Shown: positions 1-11,165, counted from the stretch's first letter. The stretch is DNA of 64,000 nt from Trypanosoma brucei (GCA_000002445.1 CH464491.1:4288001-4352000), one strand, 5' to 3'. The notes: generated by a model not told the origin, from the letters alone. Translations and numbers: made by a program.

Positions 1-376
1 GTGCGAGTCACGATACAGCGCTGCAAACCAAACAGGGCACCACGTCACTCTGCATGATACAGCAGAAAGTGAAGTAGGTAAACGCACGCAATAAAAGTGC
101 GTTCAATGGCGAAGAAAATGAAAGAAGAAAAAAAGAAAGAATGATAAAACCACGTCGTGGAAGAATAGCGTAGGATTTGAGAAGATGAAAAAAAAGAAAA
201 GAATGTGCGCCACAAATTACCTTCGGTACGTGTGCGTTTAGTGTTAATTGTGAAAAGGGGGGGGGTGAGGGGAATCCAAGGTATCCAAGCGACAACAGCC
301 ACATAATCAACAAAATGAGCTACGGAGCAAATTAGGGTGTTCGACGCGAAAATAACCAAAACCAACTACCCGACAA

Positions 377-1054
377 TCAGCTACTCCTCTTCATGAGTTC
401 CGCGATTGCCCTTTCGGCCGCGGGGTTGCTCTGCCCCGGAGAGCATTCAACCGCTGCACGAAAGTCACAGAGTGCTGACTCTAAATCTCCAATATCCTGA
501 CTTGCAAGACCACGTCTATAAAGTGCCTTTACCTTTAACTCCCCTCGAACAGGGCACGCCTCGTCCTGCAAAAGGAATGTGGCAAGCATACGCGCCTCCT
601 CCGGACGCTTAAGTCTCAAGAATACGAGAATAACATTTACCCGTACGACATGGTCCACCTCTACTGCTACTGCATCATGTGAACCAAGTGCTGAACATGC
701 ATCGATACAGTTCTGATAGGCCTCAAGCGCCGCCTCATACTGCCCTTCCTGGAAGAATTCATTTCCTCTGACTTTCATTTGCATGAGCATCTCGTGGTAC
801 TTGGGCCGTTCATTTTCCTCCAGCTCGCAGTCAGAAGAAGCACTTGATGTGGTGGTGCCAGCACTGGAAGAACTATCGGTTTCCTCAGTTGCTGCACCAT
901 TACCCACTCCCTTCTGTCGCCTGTTCCACCAGTGCAGCAGCCAGTAGCAAAGTCCTGAAAGTGGCAGTAGTGATGCAACGGCAATGTACCGGCTACGTTT
1001 GCCTGGAAGCATTGCGGAAACGAAATTTAAAGAGAATAACTTGGAACCCAGCAA
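377..1054 (-). CDS. TPR-repeat protein with a predicted N-terminal transmembrane anchor (Tom20/Tom70-like topology), 225 aa
   Basis: ORF 377..1054. A hydrophobic segment YIAVASLLPLSGLCYWLLHWW near the N-terminus is followed by basic residues. The C-terminal half has TPR-like helices (GNEFFQEGQYEAALEAYQNCIDA ... KALYRRGLASQDIGDLESALCDFRAAVE). Met15 is an alternative start. Confidence 0.6.
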   Translation of the reverse strand: MLGSKLFSLNFVSAMLPGKRSRYIAVASLLPLSGLCYWLLHWWNRRQKGVGNGAATEETDSSSSAGTTTSSASSDCELEENERPKYHEMLMQMKVRGNEFFQEGQYEAALEAYQNCIDACSALGSHDAVAVEVDHVVRVNVILVFLRLKRPEEARMLATFLLQDEACPVRGELKVKALYRRGLASQDIGDLESALCDFRAAVECSPGQSNPAAERAIAELMKRSS

Positions 1055-1400
1055 TACAGACAGAAGGGGGGGGGACTAAGTATGACCGCCTAATACTACC
1101 CCCAATGCCAACGAACTGATGACGCTGGAATATGGGATATTTTCAGTGACTACTTGTTATTTTTTTTTCCCATCAAAACAAAAAAAATAATAATAAATAA
1201 ATATAAAAAAGTGCAAGACTTGGTAGTAGCAACTAGACGATACAGTAAAGGGCTTCATAGCACAACACATGACAGAAACGAACAAGTTTCCATGCCGATG
1301 CGGGTCCACCCCAAGAGTAAAAGAAAAAAAATACTGGGCACCACATACATACACATACACGCATACGTACGCACACATTCGCCGGTAGCGGCGCACGCGC

Positions 1401-1428
1401 TTCCTTCCTTCCTTCCTTCCTTCCTTTT
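1401..1428. repeat. (TTCC)7 microsatellite
   Basis: ttccttccttccttccttccttcc seen directly. Confidence 0.95.
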
Positions 1429-1785
1429 CCCATCTTCATATTTCTGTTGCATCAATTCTCCACACACTGAACACAACAACTCAATTGATACGTTTCGATG
1501 TGTTAAAATGAGAAGGTGTACGGCATGGGAAGAGCAATAAAACATACCCCGCCAAATGCACCCCGGATTTAGGACCAGATCCCTTTTCACCTGTGGAAAC
1601 GAGCATGCTTCTGCACGGATACACATGCACAAAGACATATTTAAATTTATATATATATGCCTGCATATGATGAACAGCAAACCCTCCGAAAGAGTACACA
1701 CATGTCTTCTTATTTGGCTCCCTTTTTCCTTTCCGTATTCAAAACAAGAATCTAGACACTGATGGGTGGCATGCAACTCATATTA

Positions 1786-1834
1786 GAAAGAGAAAGAGAA
1801 AGAGAAAGGAAAGCAAAGAGAGAGAGAGAGAGAG
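1786..1834. repeat. (AGAAAG)n/(GA)n purine microsatellite
   Basis: agaaagagaaagagaaagagaaaggaaagcaaagagagagagagagagag seen directly. Confidence 0.9.
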
Positions 1835-2150
1835 TCACGCTGCCATACAAATAGCAGAAAACGCAGGAAGTGTCAACACAACGTGTAGTCAAAAATGAGC
1901 AGTAAAGAGAAGGGCAAATAAACTGACATTCCATAGCCCACGGTATCGGTGTCCGCATGTGCGCGCGGCATACACTTTACGTCCCTTTTCCTTTTCCTTG
2001 AAGCATCTCCATCCGCACGGCTGTCCCGAACCAGTAAAGCGAAAAGTATTGCGCGTGCAGCAGCTTCGCTGTCCAAACCCTCTATATAACGCATGTTGTA
2101 AAGAACCGAAACGAACAAAACACAAAGAGGAAAAAAAAAAACGCGCGTCC

Positions 2151-2156
2151 ACACAA

Positions 2157-2193
<37 letters not shown>
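2151..2193. repeat. Compound (CA)n(TA)n microsatellite
   Basis: acacaaacacacacacacacacacatatatatatatatatata seen directly. Confidence 0.95.
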
Positions 2194-2829
2194 GAAATAT
2201 GTGTACTGGGCATGAATGTACTTTCTGTGTTACTTACGCAGCCAAAATGCGTAGCCTTACTTTCTTCTCTCCTTCTATGTGCAATAGTGTGAATGTGTAG
2301 GGTAAATTAAGAGAGAGACACCGGTGGCGCATATTTCCATTTGTGCCAACAAACCCTCGCTCTTAATAAAGTAAAATAAAACCGACTATTCGGTTATCTT
2401 ATCGCTTCCCCTATTGAAGCTTTGCGCCACTTGAACCACTGTAACTTCCTCAACCGCAACTGTCCTCCCCCACCTTTTCAAACAAAAAAATAAAATAAAA
2501 AGGCAGGGAAGCTCCCGACACAACACTAACGGCAAAACGACGACACATCAAGTTAATGTGCTCTTCTTTGCGAAGTCTCCCCCAGATGTGTGAGTGTTTT
2601 CCTCCTCTCCATCCGTACGTTCTCCTCTCCCATGCTAATGTGACAAAATAGAAATGAGAAGGCACTAAAAGGGAGCAAGGGACAAAGCAAAAAACAAAAA
2701 CAAAAACAAAGGAAAGGAAAGAAGAGAGCTGGTGGAAGTATATATATATATATTTGCGTGTGTATGTCATGTTATGCTCTCCTCTTATGTGTGTACATAC
2801 GATCCGCAGCTCCTTCCTTCTTGTATCAT

Positions 2830-3126
2830 CTATTGTGTCTTGGGCCGCTTGAATAGTAACACATGCGGCTCTGGGGCATGCAACATGTAGTGCCGCCATC
2901 CCACCGACTGCTGGACGCCAAGTTGACGCCACTCCGACTCCTCCATTAAACGGCCACGCGGAACCAGCCGTGAGAAGTCCTTCGGTAAAATGACATGGCG
3001 GTACTCATATTCATCATCGTAGTACTTGTCACTGTAAAGAATCTTTGATTGCAATTTGCTGATCATCATTCGTGCCTGTTCACGCTGAACGGGGTCGGTG
3101 ATGGAGAAGTAGTCCCGGCCAGACAT
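2830..3126 (-). CDS. CKS1: Cyclin-dependent kinase regulatory subunit CKS1 (suc1/p13 family), 98 aa from the internal Met
   Basis: Translation contains [19 protein letters not shown] and [29 protein letters not shown], the hallmark CKS motifs. The ORF as given (2830..3234) has a 36-aa N-terminal extension that is probably 5'UTR. The preferred start is the ATG at 3124-3126 (MSGRDYF). Confidence 0.85.
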   Translation of the reverse strand: MSGRDYFSITDPVQREQARMMISKLQSKILYSDKYYDDEYEYRHVILPKDFSRLVPRGRLMEESEWRQLGVQQSVGWRHYMLHAPEPHVLLFKRPKTQ

Positions 3127-4457
3127 CCTTTCCCCCCTATAAAAGTAAACAACTGCGGCACCGCAATTATGATTTTCCCCCTCACCGCTAGTTGTCCCCA
3201 CTCTCCCGATGGCTCTCTCTCTCTCTCCCCTCACTCTTAGCGTTTGAATATTTACCTCTTTTTTCGCTTTCCCGTTAGTGTTGTTTTCTAGATGTACTAC
3301 AGTTCAGGTTAGGTTTCAGGGATACGCAAGCGACTGTATTTGTGTGTATACCTGATGCGGACGGTCCGCGAAGTGGAGAAGAAAAAAAAATAAGTAAGAA
3401 AACACAAACAAACAAAAAGTAGGAGTGAAAGACAAAAAGTGGAAAGGTAACATCACCGTTGCTCAACCGCGGATAACCCACGCATTTGAAGGTCGGTGCG
3501 CATGAAAGGCAGTGTGCATATGGAGAGAAGGCTAGAGAATGAAAATTAACAACAACGACGAGAACATGGAAACGAAAACACTACAGAATTGCGTTTCCCT
3601 ATTCAACATTTTCTCCTCTCTCCCTCCCCACGTATTCCCTTCCAATCTCTCACACCTCACTCCCGCCCCCGCTCACTTTTCATTGGCAGACGCTTGAACG
3701 CCTCTCACCGCGTCGTTGCCTCTGCCTGAACTGTCGACACAATTTGAGTGCTGAAGCGGGACTCCCTCCCCTCTCTCTCTCTCTACAGTTGCCTTTGGTT
3801 ACCTCCGCTTCGTTTTTTGTTTTTTTTTTGTCGTTGTTGTTCCATTACTTCTATTACTTTGTTTTCAACTCCAACACGCCTTTTCTGTATTTTCTTTTTC
3901 TTTTTTTTTCGTGTGTGTGTAGTTTGCTGCTTCACACATAATGGTGTCCACCAGGTTGCATCCCGCAGGAATCCAAACGTGGCAGTGGAGAGGTGGGGAA
4001 AAGAGAGAGAGTGTGGGGGGGGGGGGCAGAGCGCAAAACTAAAGGGCAAAAAAATAAATAAATAAGGGATTGTGATAAACAAAATACGAAAAAATAAGTA
4101 AACAAATGAATCTTTTATCAAAGTGAAGAAAGGAATGAAGTGTGTAAGGGAGAAATATGGGGAACAAGAGGTCTGAAGAGAGCGTGAAGGAGGAACTTCC
4201 TTTTATATTCCCCAATGCCGACTTCTAAAGACCGAGACATTTTGCGCTCCAGCAATGATCACTTCCGCTACTAGGTTCCACCGTAGTATGCACTGGAAGA
4301 GCTGTTGCATTCTCTTTTCTATGTTTAGCAACTTCACTATTTACCCTCATTTCCCCCACGATCTAGTGCCTCTTTCGGTTTGACTTTGCCTGGATTTAGG
4401 TTCAGTACTTTCGTTTCTTGTTTGTTCCTTGTTGTTGTTTGCATGTTTTTCTATACT

Positions 4458-5432
4458 CTAACGCCTCCTTACGGGTGGCTTCCTGCTCTCTTTATTCTTC
4501 TTCAGGTTTTTGACGCCCCTCGACACCGCGAGACGGCGTTTTGCATCCCTGCCAATGATCACGTCCCTCACTGTCTGCGAACCTCTTGTCGCTCTCCTCT
4601 CGTTGGTTACCTCCTTCAGACCGGGTTTCCCTGCAGCCGGTACCCTCCCCCTCACCTTCATGAGGTTCACTGGAGCTCCTTTACTAGGAGAGGTCAGTTT
4701 TCCCTTACTTTTACTCATACTCTCACTCATACTGGGAGCTTTACGTACGCTGGCAATCTTACCCTTGATGGCGCCCCGACCCGTGTTGATAACCCTGCTT
4801 ACATTGGCTGACCTGCTCGTACCGGCAATCTTGTCTCTAACGGCGCTCTTGCCCATACTGACAACTTTGCCAGTGCCAACACCCTTACCCTTGTTGGTAC
4901 CCCTGTTCCTGTCGCTTTTCTTGCTCATAGTACCCCCCTTTACTTTCTTGGATGCCGTAATATCGGGGAATCCGGGGCGTTTAATGTCGGCTGGGTCCAC
5001 CTTGTGGATTCTATACTTCCTCACTGTCGGGAATAACCTCTTTTTCATCTCGTCTTGCATGCGAAGCTTTCGCTCCTCGCGCCTCTCCCTGCTCTTCGCC
5101 TGTATCTTCTTGAGCTGTAGCTCCCTCCGCTTGGCCGACTTTCTCCACATCTCGCCAACAACACGCTGCCGTTCCGCATTCGTCATGTGGGTTAGATTGC
5201 GACACTCACGGCGCTGAAAATCGTTGAATGCTTTGAGAGCAGGATACGTAATTTTGCTGGCCCGCTCCTGGAGTGATCGCATCTGGGAGGGAGTCAAGTT
5301 GCGGTACATACGCGAAGCAACTCGCGCACCATTAGCCAACGACATGTTGCGGAGCTCCCCCGTTTTCTTCAGGTCCTTCATGAAAACAGAAAAGGGGCTC
5401 ACGCGCAGAAGTTTGACGGTGCGGAACAACAT
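4458..5432 (-). CDS. Basic HMG-box protein with a mitochondrial-type presequence (candidate kinetoplast/organellar DNA-associated protein), 324 aa
   Basis: The N-terminus MLFRTVKLLRVSPFSVF looks like an amphipathic presequence. Residues around 55-110 (ITYPALKAFNDFQRRECRNLTHMTNAERQRVVGEMWRKSAKRRELQLKK) fit the HMG-box consensus (P..A...F......T..E.....GE.W). A long K/R/G/S-rich basic tail follows. Confidence 0.55.
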   Translation of the reverse strand: MLFRTVKLLRVSPFSVFMKDLKKTGELRNMSLANGARVASRMYRNLTPSQMRSLQERASKITYPALKAFNDFQRRECRNLTHMTNAERQRVVGEMWRKSAKRRELQLKKIQAKSRERREERKLRMQDEMKKRLFPTVRKYRIHKVDPADIKRPGFPDITASKKVKGGTMSKKSDRNRGTNKGKGVGTGKVVSMGKSAVRDKIAGTSRSANVSRVINTGRGAIKGKIASVRKAPSMSESMSKSKGKLTSPSKGAPVNLMKVRGRVPAAGKPGLKEVTNERRATRGSQTVRDVIIGRDAKRRLAVSRGVKNLKKNKESRKPPVRRR

Positions 5433-6036
5433 GACGTTACGTGATTCCTTACTGAGTCTATTACCTTCCTATGCATATATATATATACATATATGAAAGA
5501 GGTGGGAAGAAGATGAAATTGGAGGAAATGGGTATAGTTCTCAGCTCCACTATTTGATGCGTGTAAGGATCCAGATTTACTGGCATTGTGTTTTGTTACT
5601 ATCCGATGGATGTCCTTCGTGCACATCCCTCTTCACAGAAGGAGGGTGGGAAACTTGAAGAACACTGAAGTGCTGTGGGCGGCAGCCTTCAGCACAGGCT
5701 CTGAATTAACAATTCAGCATTCAAACCGGTCTCCACCCTACACTTAATGTAACATTCAAGATGACAAGACGCGTGTGCACCCTGCCAAATAAAGCACAGC
5801 AGCGTGGTTGCCACAGTTTTACACCTTGATAGACAAATTAACAATAAGAGGAAAAAAGAGAGAAAGAAACGAAGGGAATAACGGTACACAGGGCCAGCAG
5901 GGTAGCAACGAGGGGAGCAGCTGATGGAGGGGGAAAAAAGGGGGGAAATTATGCCAGCTAGCATACGACACAAGTTTACATGCTCGTAGGGAAATGCTAA
6001 CATACTCCGCGTTACACAGCCAGGTCGTGTCATCCC

Positions 6037-7560
6037 TCACTTCTTGCGCTTCTTCTTATCCAAGCGCCGCTTGATCTCCGGCACCGTATCTGTTGGTGCA
6101 TCCGGAAGCACGGCGCATGGAGGCTTCGGTGCCTCTTCTAAAAGTAGTCTTGATTGCTCCAATTCATCCTGCACATACAAATATTGCGAAACCACTTCGC
6201 ATTGCACAACGTCCATCAGCCCCCCAACACACAGAAACCGCGCTCCCACGCCCACAGCAAGGTGCACAGCAAAGGCCACGTTGTGCATTAAGCTCTGCGG
6301 CGCTAGTGCGATTGTGCAGCCCTCGTGCCGACGCACCATCCGCACATTGTCGCACAGCGCAGAAAGAGATCCAATAGCACTTGCCTCAAGCACCACATTG
6401 GACGTCCACAGTTCGTCAAGCCCCTGTTCCACCTTTTCGTACTTTGACCGACGGTAGAGGTCATAACCAGAAAACACAGCTGTGCCCCCAATCGTGGCAT
6501 GAAGTCGCCGCAGTCCGATCGTATCGACATCACAGTGGGTATCCTCAACATAAACCACCAAGTTCGCGCTTGCTTGGACCTGCTCTCGCACGTACTCAGC
6601 CAGCTGCGACCCTGTGATATCTTGTTCACCGGGGAACATGGAGTAGAAAACCTCCCCACCATCTTTAGCCTCCTTCTGTGTTCTGGTGGCTGGTGCGGCT
6701 AGACGAAGGCCCAGACACACATCGGTTTGCGGCCTAAGCTCAACAGCACGCAGGACCTCATCGGCTAAGTTGATTGCATCCGTTATGTTGTCAAATGTGC
6801 TGAATACGAGTGATCCGTCGCTTCGGGTTGCAGCGTTGTGCACCTTGCGGAAATGATTGAAGGCCGCAAATATCTTCTGCATGACCTCATGGCTCACAGT
6901 CCCGTTTGGCATGCAAGGAAGAATAAGAACACTCTTCAGTGCAACCCGGGCAGTCGCAACGTTCTCAGGACCGAAGAAATCAATGCACAGCTGTGGCATG
7001 GAAAAGGTTTCTACATCAGTCAGTAGCCCAAATGTGTTACGAAGGTATTGGAAAGCGGGTGTTGATGTGCATCGTGAGGCCGCAGCGGATGCAACAACAC
7101 TGAGGGCATGTACAACAGCCGTACCCACATTTGGTAAATCAGGTGTCGCTGCCACACGCGATAAAATTTCGTCAAATTGCCGCTGATCACAGGCCCTACA
7201 CGGAACAAGTCGGGGGAAATAACTTTCCTGCAACACCTCATGGATTACCGCTGGATCAACCGTATGCTCAACCAAGCTATCACCGAGCTCCTGACTCGCT
7301 GACAACAAGGCAGATGACTGCACCTCCATACCATTTAGCAGGCGCAAAATAATACGCAGTACACGGCAGCCTCCTGGTGCGAACATCACGTGTGCTGAAA
7401 GAGTTCGTATCTCGTCTCCCGTGCATTTCGTGCTAAAATACGCTGCGAGATATTCAATGGGCCGCAAGGCGCGGGAGTCCACACAAGATCGTGCCGCCAA
7501 CGTAAGGATCCCGCTGAGGTCATGCTGGTTGTCATACAATTTCCATGAGACGGATTCCAT
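6037..7560 (-). CDS. Hypothetical 507-aa protein with an N-terminal RIIa/DPY-30-like docking motif and a C-terminal region weakly reminiscent of enolase
   Basis: Long uninterrupted ORF. The N-terminus LSGILTLAARSCVDSRALRPIEYLAAYFSTK matches the RIIa dimerisation/docking pattern (L...P.d...f...YF). The C-terminal segment SNVVLEASAIGSLSAL loosely resembles the enolase C-terminal signature. The enolase assignment is weak. Confidence 0.55.
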   Translation of the reverse strand: MESVSWKLYDNQHDLSGILTLAARSCVDSRALRPIEYLAAYFSTKCTGDEIRTLSAHVMFAPGGCRVLRIILRLLNGMEVQSSALLSASQELGDSLVEHTVDPAVIHEVLQESYFPRLVPCRACDQRQFDEILSRVAATPDLPNVGTAVVHALSVVASAAASRCTSTPAFQYLRNTFGLLTDVETFSMPQLCIDFFGPENVATARVALKSVLILPCMPNGTVSHEVMQKIFAAFNHFRKVHNAATRSDGSLVFSTFDNITDAINLADEVLRAVELRPQTDVCLGLRLAAPATRTQKEAKDGGEVFYSMFPGEQDITGSQLAEYVREQVQASANLVVYVEDTHCDVDTIGLRRLHATIGGTAVFSGYDLYRRSKYEKVEQGLDELWTSNVVLEASAIGSLSALCDNVRMVRRHEGCTIALAPQSLMHNVAFAVHLAVGVGARFLCVGGLMDVVQCEVVSQYLYVQDELEQSRLLLEEAPKPPCAVLPDAPTDTVPEIKRRLDKKKRKK

Positions 7561-8368
7561 TCCTAAATTTTTGATCCCTCGGGGCGAGAAAAAAGCCCTA
7601 GAATATTAAAAAAAAAAACACTCAATTTAGTATACAAAAATGAGAAAGTGAAGAAAAAAATCGTGCCGTAAAAAAAGTGGCATGACAGAGGATGTCCCAA
7701 CTACCCATCCCACTCTTGCTTTCTTTTTAAGTTTCCATTAGCGTTTGTTAGCGCGACAACAACAAAGAATTATTAAACGCTACGAATTCTTCGTTTTATT
7801 TGTCACAAAACGCGATGCTATGTCTCAACCGGTTGCCCCCCCCCCCCACACACACACACCTACGCACACATGCTGATGCTGAGCAGCCGCCTCACAGTGG
7901 CACCAAAATTCCGTGCCTTTCCTATGAGCGGGAAACCAAAAGGCATAATATATATATATATATATATATATTGCATCACCAGCTGCTGCGTCATGGTGCT
8001 ACCGCATGGAAACTATTAACCACCCGGCTTCGGTAAAGAACCCCGCAGTCCATTATTTAACTCACGCCCCGGAGATGTAGGCAGAGCGAAATGGTAAACG
8101 TGGGCATCAAGCAGATGTCATAACACCCGAAACAGCCCTTCAAGCACATTGTAAAACATGCTGCCCGCCTTCAGGTTGCCACTCGTCGTCAGTCGTGAGA
8201 CTTTAAGCGATCGAAATCGCTTCTCTCCGAAGGTGAATCCCAAACTGTTAAGTCGTAATGATAAGGTGAGTTACAAATGTATTTCCTCGTTTTCACACAG
8301 GTCAGTCGCCTCCATGGTTCGGCAGGTGAAGCTATAAAGAAACAACAATAATATCTTTTCCTTAGCTA

Positions 8369-9262
8369 TTACAGAAGTCGCTTCTGAAGTTTCTCCAGAA
8401 ACCGTCCGCGCCTTTGCTCATTCACTCCAAACAAAACATTCATGTGCACTAATGCATTTGTCAGGAGTGAACGCCACTCCGCAGAGTCAAACTTTGGGTG
8501 CCCCAACAGCCAGCAACCCTGGGCAAACAAAGGAAGCGCCACGCGCAATGACGATGTGATGCAGCATGTAATTTTCCTCTGCTCGTTCGCCCCCCGCGAG
8601 CACGACAGTATTCCACTCTCCATTTGCCCACTCTCATTGGCGCATTGAAGCAACCGCGCGGCATCATCAAGAGTCTCGCACTGAACATGAACAATCATTG
8701 GTTCGAACTTCAACTCCAGAAGTTCCGTCTCGTGCAGTAGTGAGTCGAAATACTTCTTTTCCTGCATTAACTTGAGTCCCCCCTCCAGTTGGAGTTGTCG
8801 ACTCCGCCATTCCTCAAAGGACCCCAAGACAGGTACCAGGCGCTGCGTGACCATCTCCTCCACATTAGGGATTGGATCGTGTGATTGAAACAATGCTCCC
8901 TGACCAAAGGCGCCACGTTTTCGGTTGTGCATATCAGCATTGGCATCAGCCTTTAAGACTTTCGCCTCTGCTAGTGGGTTTATGGGGCAGCCGGCGGATA
9001 GTTGACCTTTATGAAAGAGTGATACCCTACCGGAACAGGAGCTGGACGTCACATAGCAACTAAAGTGTTCATTGATGAACTGCACTAAAGGAGCCACTTG
9101 AGGGTCCACACGACCCGCAAGGCTTTTGTCGTTTTTGTTCTCCTGCAAGTCCTCGAGTATTTTTTGCCTCCGTTGGCCGAAAAATGTGCTATTCGGCGCT
9201 GGCTGGTTGAATGCCAGCGTTGAAGCACGACTCAAAAGAGGAAGATGCGCCCTCATCACCAT
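8369..9262 (-). CDS. TYW3: tRNA wybutosine-synthesizing protein 3 (TYW3) homologue, 297 aa
   Basis: Contains VAPLVQFINEHFSCYVTSSSCSGRVSLF, matching the conserved TYW3 motif (T/S)SSCSGR(I/V). Confidence 0.75.
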   Translation of the reverse strand: MVMRAHLPLLSRASTLAFNQPAPNSTFFGQRRQKILEDLQENKNDKSLAGRVDPQVAPLVQFINEHFSCYVTSSSCSGRVSLFHKGQLSAGCPINPLAEAKVLKADANADMHNRKRGAFGQGALFQSHDPIPNVEEMVTQRLVPVLGSFEEWRSRQLQLEGGLKLMQEKKYFDSLLHETELLELKFEPMIVHVQCETLDDAARLLQCANESGQMESGILSCSRGANEQRKITCCITSSLRVALPLFAQGCWLLGHPKFDSAEWRSLLTNALVHMNVLFGVNEQRRGRFLEKLQKRLL

Positions 9263-9696
9263 TTCAAGTTGGCAATAAGAAAAAAAACACTTTTTTCCTC
9301 AGCTTTCCGCCCCCCTCCTCCTGCACCAAACTTTTTTGATCACCCGATTGGCACCGCTCCCCTTGATTTGGTGGTCTCTGCTTTTCTTTGCACCCCAGTT
9401 ACACCGCGGGCTTCAGCATAAACGAGGGAACGGCAGGTGCGTTCGTGCGTTGGAAACGGGAATTTTTTGTTTCCCACAGAATAAAGCAAAAAACAACCGG
9501 AAAAAGAAAAAGAGGCAGAAACAAATGTCGGCAAGGCATCCACAACAATACGTAACAGTAGTACGCTCCCTGAATACTTCTTGATTAAAAAAAAAAAATC
9601 AAACGAACGACACCATGACGGATGCACAGGAGCACGACAGATGAAAATAACAGTAACGCCTCTGCGTCCTCATACAAGCACGTATTTGACAGCTAT

Positions 9697-10167
9697 TCAT
9701 AGCTGCTCATCTGTCGCATCTTTTACCCCAAGAAGTTTCTTTAACTCCTCTTTGCCGCGTTCCTCACGTCGCTGTCGTTCCTGAACCTCCTCAATAGGCA
9801 CAGCAAGCTGTACCCCACACGTCTCGCGCTCCACAAATCTTCCACTAATTAGCTGAATCCAGTTAGGTTCGTGTGGCACACTTCGCGCAAGCACGACATC
9901 ACCATTCCTTGGAGTCCATGGACTGTAGTTGGGATAGTTGTTGTTGGGCAACAAATGGATCTGACAACGCGGCCTCCCAATAGGGCTCCAGTCGATGTAG
10001 TACAACTTGCCCTCACTTGGCTCAAAGGCCTCGTAGTAGTGCATGAGATAATAGTCACTTCCTACACCGAATAAGCCGAACACAACGAGGCCACGGCGGC
10101 ACATGGTGGCAAACTTGCTGTGGATGAACCGCTCGAAGGACAGCCATGAAGAACTCATGCCATCCAA
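9697..10167 (-). CDS. Hypothetical protein, 156 aa
   Basis: ORF 9697..10167 in the same orientation as its neighbours. Composition is non-repetitive with a K/E-rich C-terminus. No domain recognised. Confidence 0.4.
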   Translation of the reverse strand: MDGMSSSWLSFERFIHSKFATMCRRGLVVFGLFGVGSDYYLMHYYEAFEPSEGKLYYIDWSPIGRPRCQIHLLPNNNYPNYSPWTPRNGDVVLARSVPHEPNWIQLISGRFVERETCGVQLAVPIEEVQERQRREERGKEELKKLLGVKDATDEQL

Positions 10168-10523
10168 CTGAGTGATAAGCTATACTAAATTTGCAACGGC
10201 GAGGTAAAGTACAGTTAGCAATAATGGGAAGGAGTGTAGAGAAGGTTGCCACTCGCACGAGTGCCAGCGTGACAAAATAGCGGACCGGGCTCAGTTACGG
10301 TTCCAACAATAAACGGCTATAAGCGGCCACCCATACGCCATAAAAACGAGGAAAATGTAAGGGCGCACGACACACCGATAAAGGTTTGCAGTACAATAAC
10401 CTCCCTTTTGCAACCGGAAAGTGAGAGCACAAAAGGAATCGTGCAGTGACAAGCACCGTCACAAAGGGGAAAGGAAAGAGCTAACAGGGGTGCAAACCCC
10501 CTACACGATCATCCACAACCAAG

Positions 10524-11165
10524 TCATGTTTTTTTCTTGCTTGAAGCTGCAGGCCTTTCACCTTTTCTCCCACAAGGAAACTTCTCCATCTCCCTCTTTA
10601 TCTGGTTCCGCTTCACAACGACCATTAGTCTCAGCAGTTGCAAAAACGCGCGAGCTTGTAACCATAAAACCAGCAAAAAGAGTGGCATGTCTAAAGTCAC
10701 CATGATAAACAAACCAGAGGGATCAAAGTAATTAGCTCCCTTTTCAACGAATATCTGTGAGGCGTGTGAGCTCCCCCATTCGTTTAAATACGACGAGCCC
10801 CACACTACGAGCAAAAGTAAAACGGTAACTACAAAAATGCGATCTATGGAAGCCCTCCAAGTCGTCAGCACGACTGTGACAGCAACGGTCAAATGGAAGA
10901 GTGCGAGATATCTAAAGTACGGTTCCCACCAATTCACAGCCGAAATAAAAGCGGCAACTTCCTTCCGAAACTGCTGGAATGCACCTATGGGGCTCATGCT
11001 CCACTTCTGTCCCTCTCCAGAAAAAAACGCACCCCATCCAGTGGCATTCATCACCTCCTCATGAGCCTCCTTCAGCGACTCCAAAAACGCATCCATTTTC
11101 TTCAGATGCAAAAAAAACAACAACAACTGCGAAGTTGTCTGCTCTCGCCCTTTTCTCCTCTCCAA
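10524..11165 (-). CDS. TMEM18-like three-pass membrane protein (alternative start at 11096), 213/190 aa
   Basis: NWWEPYFRYLALFHLTVAVTV, YLNEWGSSHASQIF, and YFDPSGLFIMVTLDMPLFLLVLW followed by a basic C-terminus (KRNQIKREMEKF) parallel TMEM18 as I recall it (DWTEPWL ... YFDSRGMFISIVFSAPLL ... basic tail). Confidence 0.55.
   Translation of the reverse strand: MERRKGREQTTSQLLLFFLHLKKMDAFLESLKEAHEEVMNATGWGAFFSGEGQKWSMSPIGAFQQFRKEVAAFISAVNWWEPYFRYLALFHLTVAVTVVLTTWRASIDRIFVVTVLLLLVVWGSSYLNEWGSSHASQIFVEKGANYFDPSGLFIMVTLDMPLFLLVLWLQARAFLQLLRLMVVVKRNQIKREMEKFPCGRKGERPAASSKKKT

Noticed and set aside
1255-1776. 173-aa minus-strand ORF in the spacer between the TPR gene and CKS1
   Set aside because: It is Cys/Leu-rich, low-complexity and spans (TTCC)n and homopolymer repeats. 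It is more likely UTR or intergenic sequence.
4510-5217. 235-aa plus-strand ORF (Leu/Pro/Thr-rich) overlapping the HMG-box gene
   Set aside because: It is antisense to a convincing minus-strand CDS and has low-complexity composition. It is a typical shadow ORF created by the codon bias of the real gene.
8690-8712. tRNA T-loop-like string ggttcgaac
   Set aside because: It lies inside the TYW3 CDS, with no flanking acceptor-stem or anticodon-arm complementarity. No tRNA genes were found in the window.
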